From an uncultured Candidatus Binatia bacterium (GTDB lineage: Bacteria > Desulfobacterota > Binatia > UBA9968 > JAJDTQ01), in assembly GCA_965242525.1 (NCBI GenBank), contig OZ251459.1:1056001-1120000 (forward strand): DNA of 64,000 bases. The letters run 5' to 3'. Positions 38,510 to 46,915 of this stretch are shown piece by piece; positions within the stretch are counted from its first letter, which is position 1, and each line of letters starts with the position of its first letter. The translations under genes and the position numbers were made by a program. The notes under the pieces are model-generated. The model saw only the letters and a list, made by a program, of their open reading frames with translations, was not told where the DNA came from and did no database searches.

Positions 38510-38865
38510 GATTTTCCGGAAACCTCCTAACCGTTCGATTTGCAAGGGGTTTTTTTACCCTTTCCCCTCTTATCCATCTGCCGGGCCGCTCCTTTCCGGC
38601 CCTTGTCCTGCTCCGTTCCGAACCCGGACTCCGTCCGACCTCGGGTTCCGCGCCCCGGTCCCGGCCCCAAACCCGGGCCGGACCTCTGTATTCCATTCTC
38701 AAGGGCGCCTTTCGCAACAACATACGATGGCGGTGACGCCATGAACGAAATCGGGAGGCGTCACCGTTCACCGGAACCGGAAAATCGTCGTTGGCAGTAA
38801 CGGAAAGAGACCCGCTTCATGCAGAGGTCTCGAACAAACCCAGGTATTCCGAAAAGGAGGAAACC

Positions 38866-40854
38866 ATGCATTCTGAACCCATGACGAATGATTCCGACCG
38901 CGTAGCCCCTGACCGCCGCATCCACCTCCCAAGTCCAACCCCCGTGCGGCCTCGCCGGCGCATTGCCGCGGGTGTCCTGTCCGTCCTGCTCGGCCTCTCC
39001 TGCTTCGCCGCCTCTCCGGCCTGGGCGGTCAAGCTCGGAGAAGGCGCCAATGACACGCCCTTCGTCCAGGAATACGACAACGTCGCCGCCTACATTAGCA
39101 GTCCTCCGGATGAGGCCGATCGCCTCACTTTTGTCAAGATCAGACATTTACGCACAGGCACGCTATACACCCTCAAGCACGTGGACCTGAAAGCGTTCGA
39201 TAAGGACAACACCCTGGACGAAAACACCCTGATCGAGAAGTATCCTACTTATCAGGCCTATGTTAGGGACGCCAAGAACACCACCCGACTCTATGCCTAC
39301 ATTCGGCACGCGGTGGACGGGGTGTACCGTGTGTACCGTGTCGCCGAGATCGAACAAGCGCGTAGGGATGCCCTCCCGGGCCAGTCCATACTAGCCCTTG
39401 TAGCCCCTGTAGAGGAGACCCCCGGGCGCAATACGGCCATCGGCGATGGCGCCAGCGCAACAGAGTACAGGGCCATCGCCATCGGCAATGATGCCAGCGC
39501 AACGAGCCGCGGCGCCGTCGCCATCGGTCTGCTGTCCCGGGCATCCGGTCGGAAGTCCATTGCCATAGGCGCAGACGCCAACGCCGATGCCGGGATTGCA
39601 ATGGGAAGGAACGCCCGAGCCCATGGTGGCATCGCCTTGGGCCGGTTCGCTAAAGCTGTTGGCGGTGTGTCGTTGGGCAACGGTGCTAACGCAGTCGGTG
39701 GCACGGCAGTGGGAGGCGGTTCCTGGGCAACCGGTCTCCACGGTAGTACAGCCATCGGCGGCGGCAGCAACGCCGCCGGCGAACGGAGCACCGCCCTCGG
39801 TTCGATCGCCAAGGCCGGCGGCTCGCACAGCACCGCCGTGGGCGAGGCCTCCGAGGCTCAAGGTAGCCACGCTGTCGCTGTCGGGAAAAACGCGATAGCC
39901 GGCATGAGGGTAGGAAAGAGGTACAACAACGCGGCTGATTATCTGAAAGACAGGACGACCTGGACCAGCACCACCCATACCCATGTTCGGATCGGGAACA
40001 AGGTCTATAAGGTCACCACGCTGGATGCGTTCTCAGGTCTCACCGACGACAAGCGCCCTCGCGCGACGACAGTCAACCCAGGCGGCGTCGCCGTGGGCGT
40101 AAACGCTCGGGCTACGGGCATGAACAGTATCGCCCTGGGCCGGGGCGCGTCCGCTACCGGGAACAAGGGCATCGCCATCGGTTCGGGAGTCTCGGCCGGA
40201 CAGAACAAGGTGGTCATCGGCACCGATGACCATACCTACGAGTTGCCGGGCTTGGCCAAGCACACTTCAGGGACCCGGGTGGTGATCGTGGACAAGGAGG
40301 GGAGGCTTTCCACACAGGCCGCAACCTCTTCCCCTGCTTCCCCTTCCCGGAGCGCCTCCCTGCGGGGCGCCGCAGTGCTTTCCTCCGAAGTGACCTCCCT
40401 GAACCGGGACCTCGGGACCCGGACGGACGCTTCCGACTACGAGAAGGCCCCGGCCATCGGTTCGGGTCCCGAGGCGCCGGAAACCGCAGAACAGCGGCGG
40501 GTGGTGGTGCAGGACACCAACCGGGACGGCTCGGTGCGCCTGCGCACCCTGGACTTCGGTGACCTGACGGGAATGGACCGGCGGTTGGCGGGAGTGGAGC
40601 AGCGAATGACGTCGCTCAGCGACCGGCTGAACAAGGCCACTGCCATGTCAGCGGCGTTGAGCGCGTTGCCCAACGTGGTGCCGGGGGACAACCGGTTCTT
40701 CCTCGGGGTGGGCGCGGGCCACTACAGCAGCGAGCAGGCTCTGGCCATCGGCATGAGCGCCCGGGTCGGGCGCCACGTGTTCGTGAACGCGGGAGCAGCC
40801 CTTGCCAGCGGCGACGATGCGAGCGTTCGCGGCGGCGTGGGCGTAGTCTGGTAA
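38866..40854 (+). CDS. YadA-like trimeric autotransporter adhesin
   Basis: AAGGAGG RBS; signal peptide ending AWA; many AIG/ALG/AVG head repeats; short coiled coil; anchor ..GVGAGHYSSEQALAIG..GVGVVW ending in an aromatic residue. Confidence 0.9.
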   Translation: MHSEPMTNDSDRVAPDRRIHLPSPTPVRPRRRIAAGVLSVLLGLSCFAASPAWAVKLGEGANDTPFVQEYDNVAAYISSPPDEADRLTFVKIRHLRTGTLYTLKHVDLKAFDKDNTLDENTLIEKYPTYQAYVRDAKNTTRLYAYIRHAVDGVYRVYRVAEIEQARRDALPGQSILALVAPVEETPGRNTAIGDGASATEYRAIAIGNDASATSRGAVAIGLLSRASGRKSIAIGADANADAGIAMGRNARAHGGIALGRFAKAVGGVSLGNGANAVGGTAVGGGSWATGLHGSTAIGGGSNAAGERSTALGSIAKAGGSHSTAVGEASEAQGSHAVAVGKNAIAGMRVGKRYNNAADYLKDRTTWTSTTHTHVRIGNKVYKVTTLDAFSGLTDDKRPRATTVNPGGVAVGVNARATGMNSIALGRGASATGNKGIAIGSGVSAGQNKVVIGTDDHTYELPGLAKHTSGTRVVIVDKEGRLSTQAATSSPASPSRSASLRGAAVLSSEVTSLNRDLGTRTDASDYEKAPAIGSGPEAPETAEQRRVVVQDTNRDGSVRLRTLDFGDLTGMDRRLAGVEQRMTSLSDRLNKATAMSAALSALPNVVPGDNRFFLGVGAGHYSSEQALAIGMSARVGRHVFVNAGAALASGDDASVRGGVGVVW

Positions 40855-40953
40855 CTCCCCGACCGGATGCTTGCGCGACAGACGGTTCGGCAACCCGCGA
40901 TGCCGCCCGCGGGCGCGGGAGTACTGCCCGGGAACCTCCGGCGCTTCAGGGGG

Positions 40954-41119
40954 ATGGTCGAGGACGACAACCTGGCGCGGGTGCCGGCGGATTTGCTGCC
41001 TCGGCTGCGACTCGTCCTTTCGGCGCTGGCTATTCGGCTGGAGCAACGCCGACTACTGGATGCGCTTTCAGGCGGCCTACGACCTCGCCCAAGCGCGGCT
41101 CAGGCAGGCAGCGGCCTGA
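40954..41119 (+). pseudogene. Collapsed higBA toxin-antitoxin remnant
   Basis: VEDDNLARVPADLLPRLRLVLSAL (HigB-like N-terminus) joined to AIRL / GWSNADYWMRFQAAYDLAQAR (HigA C-terminus). Confidence 0.6.
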
Positions 41120-41152
41120 CGCCCGCAATCGGGAAGGCCGGGATGGTTTTGC

Positions 41153-41181
41153 TTGACACGGGCTGACCGCGAGATTAGACT
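41153..41181 (+). promoter_or_regulatory. Sigma70 promoter
   Basis: TTGACA (41153-41158), 17-nt spacer, TAGACT (41176-41181). Confidence 0.75.
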
Positions 41182-41186
41182 ATCTT

Positions 41187-41560
41187 TGCTCGTTGCCGAA
41201 CGGGCAGGAGCTCGGAACCGCAGGCGGGCTCGTTCCGGGCTCGGTCATCAAAGCATCAGGAGGTGTCCGATGACGCAATCCGGTCCACCCTTCGCAAAGC
41301 GCCCGTGAACACCACGGGCAGGCTGGCTCCACGGGGTCCTGCCCAACGCGGTTTCCCGGCTGACCGTCCCAACTCGCGTGTTGGATAACACGGCGCAGCT
41401 CGCGAAAGTCCGGGGACAGGCGGCAGAGGACCACGGTTCCGGAATACCGCTCACGGCAGGGCCGATACCCGGAAGCCACAACAAGCATGAAAAGCGGTTC
41501 GACGACGTTGATGAACGTCGGGAGCGGGCTCTCCTTCCGAAAGGGAGCCCGCTTTTCTTT
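41187..41560 (+). ncRNA. Candidate large structured ncRNA or cis-regulatory leader (~375 nt), family not recognised
   Basis: Bounded by a promoter and a terminator; at least 9 nested helices found by eye, including a 5'-3' closing stem. Confidence 0.62.
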
Positions 41561-41636
41561 GACGGATCCGACCGAGGCAAGCTCATGTCGAAACAACCTT
41601 CGGAGACCATCTCCGGCTACCACGCCCATGTCTATT
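41492..41636 (+). repeat. 145-bp direct repeat, copy 2
   Basis: Matches 38200-38344. Confidence 0.95.
41523..41560 (+). terminator. Intrinsic terminator
   Basis: GC-rich stem 41524-41552 followed by TTTTCTTT. Confidence 0.8.
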
Positions 41637-41929
41637 ACGACCCGGACACGAAGCCCGTAGCGGAGCGCGTGCGCGAGGGGCTGGGCGCGCGCTTCGACGT
41701 GGTGCTGGGGCGCTGGCACGACGAACCCGTGGGACCGCACCCCCAGGCCATGTACCAAGTCACCTTCGCGCCCGAGGAGTTCGCCCGGGTGGTCCCGTGG
41801 TTGATGCTCAACCGCGAAGGTCTCGACGTGCTGGTCCACCCCAACACGGGGGAGCACGTGGGCGACCACCGGGACCGGTCCCTGTGGCTGGGCGCCAAGT
41901 TGCCGCTCAAGCTGAGCTCGTTTCGCTAA
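41585..41929 (+). CDS. DOPA 4,5-dioxygenase family protein
   Basis: Motifs YHAHVYY, PVGPHP, WLMLNR.GL.VLVHPNTG, DH...LWLG. Confidence 0.88.
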   Translation: MSKQPSETISGYHAHVYYDPDTKPVAERVREGLGARFDVVLGRWHDEPVGPHPQAMYQVTFAPEEFARVVPWLMLNREGLDVLVHPNTGEHVGDHRDRSLWLGAKLPLKLSSFR

Positions 41930-42049
41930 CTTGCTCCCTCGTCATGGCAAAGTTTGGCAAAGGGCGGCTTTGCGTCTAAAATCGTGCTTGACAACAAACA
42001 GGAAGTCCCTATGGAGCCGGTTTTCCCAAGTTTGGAAAGGAGGTGTGTC

Positions 42050-42313
42050 ATGGGTGATCCGCTTGGTAGCGAGAAGGAATATCTCAAGGCCAACAGGGAC
42101 CGGTTCATGCAGGAATACCCGGGTAAGTACCTTCTCATCAAGGGTGACCAAGTTTTTGGAGCGTTCGAGACCTATGAGGAAGGCGTGAGGGAAGGAGCGC
42201 GAGCGTTTGGGGTCGGTCCTTTTCTGGTCAGGTCCGTCTTGCAGCCTGAAGACGCCAAGGCGCCGAGCATCCCCGCGCTATCCATAGGAGTTCCCTTTAG
42301 TGCGAACACTTAA
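42050..42313 (+). CDS. Small hypothetical protein (DUF5678-like)
   Basis: AGGAGG RBS; pattern EYLKANRDRFMQEYPGKYLLIKGDQVFGAF. Confidence 0.6.
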   Translation: MGDPLGSEKEYLKANRDRFMQEYPGKYLLIKGDQVFGAFETYEEGVREGARAFGVGPFLVRSVLQPEDAKAPSIPALSIGVPFSANT

Positions 42314-42480
42314 CATCCGAATCCAAGGGGATGGAAAGGATAACAAGGGGAACCTTGTTCCTCTTTCCCCGGCAGTAGCCCTACGGAGTGCTGGCCCGAT
42401 AGTTTCGGTGGTGCTATCCCCGCTGCCCGAGCATGTAAAATCCTCGGCTGAAAAGGGGCAACAGCTACCCGAGCCGTTAC
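42300..42480 (+). pseudogene. Truncated gene, possibly the N-terminus of a retropepsin-like aspartyl protease
   Basis: Overlaps the upstream stop; AT-richer sequence ends near 42480 before any D(T/S)G motif; family assignment is inference. Confidence 0.4.
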
Positions 42481-42516
42481 ACCTAGCGCCGCCCTCCCTG
42501 CTGCCCCTGTGCCGGC

Positions 42517-43002
42517 TTACCCGGAATCACCCCCCTCGGACCCGGCGCCGTCCCGGGCCCGCAGCTTCGCCGCGATGAAGTCCTTGTGGGGGACGCCGAT
42601 GAGGCCGGCGATCTTTCGGACCAGGTATTCCTCGTGCTCGTCCACGCCGTGGTCGGCGAAGGCCACCGCCCACAGGTATTCCACCACCTTCTCCTTCTGC
42701 TCGGGGGAGAAGCCGGTCTTGATGAGCGACGTGAACTGGTAGTGGTCGATGGAGTCGTCGGCCTCCGCTTCGGCCAACTCCATCAACTCGCGGGTCTCGT
42801 CTTCGGTCAGGTCGAACTTGCTCCGCAGGGCGGCCAGCACCACCGCGCGCTCGTTCTCGGTGGACTCCACGTCGGACCGCATCATCTCGATGAGCAGCGC
42901 GCCCGTGGCCACTTGCAGCCGGTGGCCGTCCGACTGCCGGACGTCGCGGTGGCCCGGGTCGATGCGGCGGTCGAAGAACCGTTGGATGGCCCGGAGCATC
43001 AT
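42517..43002 (-). CDS. TerB family protein
   Basis: Motifs LQVATGALLIEM, YQFTSLI, LWAVAFAD, EEYLVRKIAGL. Confidence 0.85.
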   Translation of the reverse strand: MMLRAIQRFFDRRIDPGHRDVRQSDGHRLQVATGALLIEMMRSDVESTENERAVVLAALRSKFDLTEDETRELMELAEAEADDSIDHYQFTSLIKTGFSPEQKEKVVEYLWAVAFADHGVDEHEEYLVRKIAGLIGVPHKDFIAAKLRARDGAGSEGGDSG

Positions 43003-43583
43003 CGGCCCGACCCGTTGAGGAACCGCACCCGGTAGTCCTTCCACTTGTCCGCCGGACGGGTGATGTCGCCGGCGTAGGTGCCGAAGCGGCCCCGGCGCCG
43101 GTCCCGGAAGTAGAGCTTCAGGGTCTGCTCCACCACGGGGAAGGCGATGCGGTCCCAGGGGACGTCTTCCTCGCGGCACAGCCGGACGTCCAGGCTTTCC
43201 GGTCCGGGGCCGAACTCGCCATCCCGCATGGCGCCCCGGAACATGACATAGACCTGGTTGATCTGCGGCAGGTTGATGAGGGTGTAGAGCTCCGAGATCT
43301 CCACCGCGGCCAGGGCTTCCTCCCGGGTCTCGCGGGCGGCCCCCTCGATAGTGGTCTCGAAGTCCTCCAGGAACCCTGCGGGCAGGGTCCAGAACCCGTA
43401 GCGCGGCTCGATGGCGCGGCGGCACAGGAGGACCGCGTCGCCCCACTCCGGGATGCAGCCTACCACCACCTTGGGGTTGGTGTAGTGGACGGTGTGGCAC
43501 GACCCGCACACGTGCCGGGGCATGTTGTCCCCCTCCGGGATGCGGAGCTCCACCGGGGCGGCGCAGGCGCTACAGTAGTTCAT
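42999..43583 (-). CDS. NUDIX hydrolase with N-terminal zinc ribbon
   Basis: C..C...C..C; LCRRAIEPRYGFWTLPAGF; Nudix box GAARETREE. Confidence 0.9.
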   Translation of the reverse strand: MNYCSACAAPVELRIPEGDNMPRHVCGSCHTVHYTNPKVVVGCIPEWGDAVLLCRRAIEPRYGFWTLPAGFLEDFETTIEGAARETREEALAAVEISELYTLINLPQINQVYVMFRGAMRDGEFGPGPESLDVRLCREEDVPWDRIAFPVVEQTLKLYFRDRRRGRFGTYAGDITRPADKWKDYRVRFLNGSGR

Positions 43584-43734
43584 ACCCAACCTTCCAGTCG
43601 GTTCCCTCGGGGGCCGATGCGGCAGGCGTCGGCTCTCGCCACTATAGGGGGATCACCCTGCAGGGTCAATCCGTCCCGCCCGCCGCAAGCGTGCGCCGCG
43701 GGATACTGGCTTGATTCGATTCCGCCCGCCGGAT

Positions 43735-45234
43735 ATGACTTCGGGTGCGCCGCAACTGCGGGCTGCATCCCGCGATACGGAGACACGCGCCTTGTTGCCC
43801 GAACGCCTCGAAGCATGGTTCCGCGAAGCCGCGCCCGGCGTCCGCTTCTGCTCGCTCCGGTACGTCAGGGAGCGGTCCGAGCGCGTTTCCGTCCGCCGCG
43901 GCGTGGTGGAGCCCCCGGCGTCGGGAGACGATGCCGGGGCCATGGTCACCGTGCTCGACAGCGACGGCCTGGGCTACGCCGGGACTTGCGACCTGACCCC
44001 CGGGGGTCTCGCCCGGGCCTTGGGCCAGGCCCGGGAATGGGCGAGGCGCACCGGGGCATGCGGCGTCGCGGCCTTCTCCGCGCTCCCGCTCCAGGAGCCC
44101 GTCCAGGGCGACTACGCAACGCCGGTGGCGGTCCCGTGGGACTCCGTGCCCTTGGGCGAAAAGATCGACATCCTGCGCGCCCGGAGCGAACGGCTGCGCG
44201 CGGACCCTCGCATCGTCGATTGGGACGCCTCGCTGTGGCGCACGGAGACCGAGACCCTCTACCTGACCGGCGACGGCGCCCGCGTGCGCCAGACCCTGGA
44301 CCAGCTCGTGCCCACCATGGGCTGCACCGCCAACCACGGCCCGGTGACGGTGACGCGGACCTTCGGCGGAAGGGGCGTCTGCCGCCAGGGCGGACTGGAA
44401 CTGCTGGAGCGGACCGGGTTCTCGGACGCGGCCCCGGGTCTGGCGCAGGAAGCGCTGGAGTTGCTGGCGGCGCCCAACTGCCCCACCGGGACCATGGACC
44501 TGTTGCTGGCCCCGGACCAGCTCATCCTCCAGGTCCACGAGTCCATCGGCCACCCGCTGGAGCTGGACCGCATCCTGGGCGACGAACGCAACTACGCGGG
44601 CACGAGTTTCGTGACCCCCGACATGTTCGGCTGCTACCGCTACGGCTCGGACCTGTTGAACGTCACCTTCGACCCCACCGACCCCGGGCAGTTCGCCAGC
44701 TACGGCTTCGACGACGAGGGGCTCCCCGCCCGCCGGCAGCACCTCATCCGGGACGGGCTGCTGCTGCGCGGCCTGGGCGGGCATCTCTCCCAGCACCGGA
44801 CGGGGCTCCCCGGGGTGGCCAACTCGCGCGCGTCGAGCTGGAACCGTCCGCCCATCGACCGCATGGCCAACCTGAACCTGGAGCCGGGGAGTTCCGGGTT
44901 CGACCACATGGTCCGGGCCATCGAGCGCGGCGTCTTCATGCAGACCAACTGTTCGTGGTCCATCGACGACTCGCGCAACAAGTTCCAGTTCGGCTGCGAA
45001 CGCGGGACCGTGATACGGGACGGGGAGTTGCGGGAGGTGGTCAGGAAGCCCAACTACCGGGGACTGTCGGCCACTTTCTGGCGCAGCCTGACCCACGTGG
45101 GCGGCCCCGACACCCGGGAACTCCTGGGCACGCCCACCTGCGGCAAGGGCGAGCCCAACCAAGCCGTCCGCGTGGGGCACGCCGCGCCCGCGTGCGCGTT
45201 CTCCGGCGTACAGGTCTTCGGCGGGGAGTCCTGA
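43735..45234 (+). CDS. tldD: TldD family metalloprotease
   Basis: Motifs HESIGHPLELDR, FDDEG, PIDRMAN, CGKGEP. Confidence 0.9.
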   Translation: MTSGAPQLRAASRDTETRALLPERLEAWFREAAPGVRFCSLRYVRERSERVSVRRGVVEPPASGDDAGAMVTVLDSDGLGYAGTCDLTPGGLARALGQAREWARRTGACGVAAFSALPLQEPVQGDYATPVAVPWDSVPLGEKIDILRARSERLRADPRIVDWDASLWRTETETLYLTGDGARVRQTLDQLVPTMGCTANHGPVTVTRTFGGRGVCRQGGLELLERTGFSDAAPGLAQEALELLAAPNCPTGTMDLLLAPDQLILQVHESIGHPLELDRILGDERNYAGTSFVTPDMFGCYRYGSDLLNVTFDPTDPGQFASYGFDDEGLPARRQHLIRDGLLLRGLGGHLSQHRTGLPGVANSRASSWNRPPIDRMANLNLEPGSSGFDHMVRAIERGVFMQTNCSWSIDDSRNKFQFGCERGTVIRDGELREVVRKPNYRGLSATFWRSLTHVGGPDTRELLGTPTCGKGEPNQAVRVGHAAPACAFSGVQVFGGES

Positions 45235-45235
45235 A

Positions 45236-45397
45236 GAACCCCTGGACGATCGAGACATCCGGGATGGATTCCCTCACCCTGACGTTCCCGTCCCCGTTCG
45301 TCCCGGACGTAGCGAAGCGGAGTCTTCCGTTCATCCTGAGCGTAGCGAAGCGGAGTCGAAGGACGCGCTCATGCTCCCTCGATCGTCCAGAGGTTCC
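45236..45397 (-). mobile_element. MITE family A copy between tldD and tldE
   Basis: TIRs CTGGACGATCGAG / CTCGATCGTCCAG. Confidence 0.85.
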
Positions 45398-45410
45398 CTG
45401 AGACCGCGCC

Positions 45411-46736
45411 ATGCAGACGTACTTCCACGAGCTGGCGGACTTCGCCCAATCCCTGTTGCAGGCCCATGAGGTCCTGCTGTCGGCGTTCTCCGGCGAGGAG
45501 TCGAGCTTCGTGCGTTTCAACCGCAGCGCGGTGCGCCAGGCGGGCTCGGTGGAGCAGCGCCGTCTCGGCCTCCAACTCATCCACGGCAAGCGCCGGGTCG
45601 CCGCCCACCTCACCGTGTCCGGCGACATGTCCCTGGACCGGGGCCGGGTCCGGGAGGCGGTCCGGGACGTGCGCGAGAGGCTCGGGGCCGTGCCCGAAGA
45701 CCCCTACCTGCTGTACGCCGCGGAGGTCCGCTCCACCGAGTCCGGGCGCGCCAACCGGCTGCCCGAGGACGAGGGCCAGGTGGTGGAGTCCATCGTGGCG
45801 GCAGGGGAGGGGCGCGACCTCGTGGGCCTGTACATGGCCGGGGGGGTCCATCGAGGGTTCGCCAACTCGCTGGGACAACGGAACTGGTTCTCCACGTTCA
45901 CCCACCACTTCGACTGGAGCTTCCACCTGGAGGGCGACAAGGCGGTGAAGTGCGCGTACGCGGGCTTCGTGTGGGACCCGTCCGAGTTCCGGGAGAGGGT
46001 CGAGCGGGCGGCCGCGGAACTGGACGTCCTGCGGCGGCCGCCCCGGACCCTCCGGCCCGGACGCTACCGCGTCTATCTGGCGCCCCAGGCCCTGGCCGAG
46101 GTGGTGGACCTGCTCCGCTGGGGCGGGTTCGGGGTCACCGCCCGTCGGACGCGCCGGACGCCGCTGCTGCGGATGGTCGCGGACCGCGCCGCTCTGGACC
46201 CCTCGGTGAGCATGGTCGAGGACACCGGGGCGGGCCTGACCGCCGACTTCGACGATGCCGGTTTCCTCAAGCCGGACCGCATCACCCTCATGGACCGGGG
46301 GAGGTTGGGAGAGCCGCTGGTGTCGCCGCGGGCGGCGCGGGAGTACGGCCTCCCCGCCAACGGCGCGGGCGCGCGCGAGTCCCCCGAGTCCCTGGCCATG
46401 GCCCCGGGCTCGGTGCCGCAACGGGAGGTCCTCGCCGCCCTGGGCACGGGCATCTTCATCAACAACCTCTGGTACCTCAACTACTCGGACCGGGACGCCT
46501 GCCGCATGACCGGCATGACCCGCTTCGCCGCCCTGTGGGTGGAGAACGGGGAGGTGCAGGCGCCGGTGGACGTCATGCGGTTCGACGAGACCCTGTACCG
46601 GATGCTGGGCGACAACCTCGTGGGCCTGACCCGGGAACGGGAGCTGCTGCCGGACGCCAACACCTACGGCGGCCGCTCCACCCGGAGCATGCGCCTGCCG
46701 GGCGCCATCGTGGAGGACTTCGCCCTGACCCTGTGA
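45411..46736 (+). CDS. tldE: TldE/PmbA family protein
   Basis: Motifs RFNRSAVRQ, PGRYRVYLAP, NLWYLN, TGMTRF; follows tldD. Confidence 0.8.
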   Translation: MQTYFHELADFAQSLLQAHEVLLSAFSGEESSFVRFNRSAVRQAGSVEQRRLGLQLIHGKRRVAAHLTVSGDMSLDRGRVREAVRDVRERLGAVPEDPYLLYAAEVRSTESGRANRLPEDEGQVVESIVAAGEGRDLVGLYMAGGVHRGFANSLGQRNWFSTFTHHFDWSFHLEGDKAVKCAYAGFVWDPSEFRERVERAAAELDVLRRPPRTLRPGRYRVYLAPQALAEVVDLLRWGGFGVTARRTRRTPLLRMVADRAALDPSVSMVEDTGAGLTADFDDAGFLKPDRITLMDRGRLGEPLVSPRAAREYGLPANGAGARESPESLAMAPGSVPQREVLAALGTGIFINNLWYLNYSDRDACRMTGMTRFAALWVENGEVQAPVDVMRFDETLYRMLGDNLVGLTRERELLPDANTYGGRSTRSMRLPGAIVEDFALTL

Positions 46737-46818
46737 GGAAGCGGGGGAGCCGGAACCGGGGCCGTTGCCCGCGTGGGGAGGCTCCGGCGTTGCACACAGC
46801 CTGCTCAAGTGGTTTATT

Positions 46819-46890
46819 GGAACTTCCGGACGATCCCGGAAGAAGAGCGCGTCCTTCGACTTCGCTTCGCTACGCTCAGGACGAACGGGG
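46819..46890 (+). repeat. MITE family A partial copy
   Basis: GGAACTTCCGGACGATC end plus an intact core. Confidence 0.8.
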
Positions 46891-46915
46891 ATGGCAAGGC
46901 CACGGGGAGGCAGAG

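Noticed and set aside
41187-41560. RNase P RNA, tmRNA or SRP RNA
   Set aside because: GAAAGTCCGGG occurs, but the other RNase P conserved regions, the tRNA-like tmRNA ends and the SRP GGAA-loop motif are not visible.
41378-41584. N-terminal extension of the DOPA dioxygenase
   Set aside because: It would run through the structured RNA and the terminator; family similarity begins at ATG 41585, which has a GAGG RBS.
38200-41636. DGR template/variable repeat pair
   Set aside because: The mismatches are not adenine-specific and there is no reverse transcriptase in the window.
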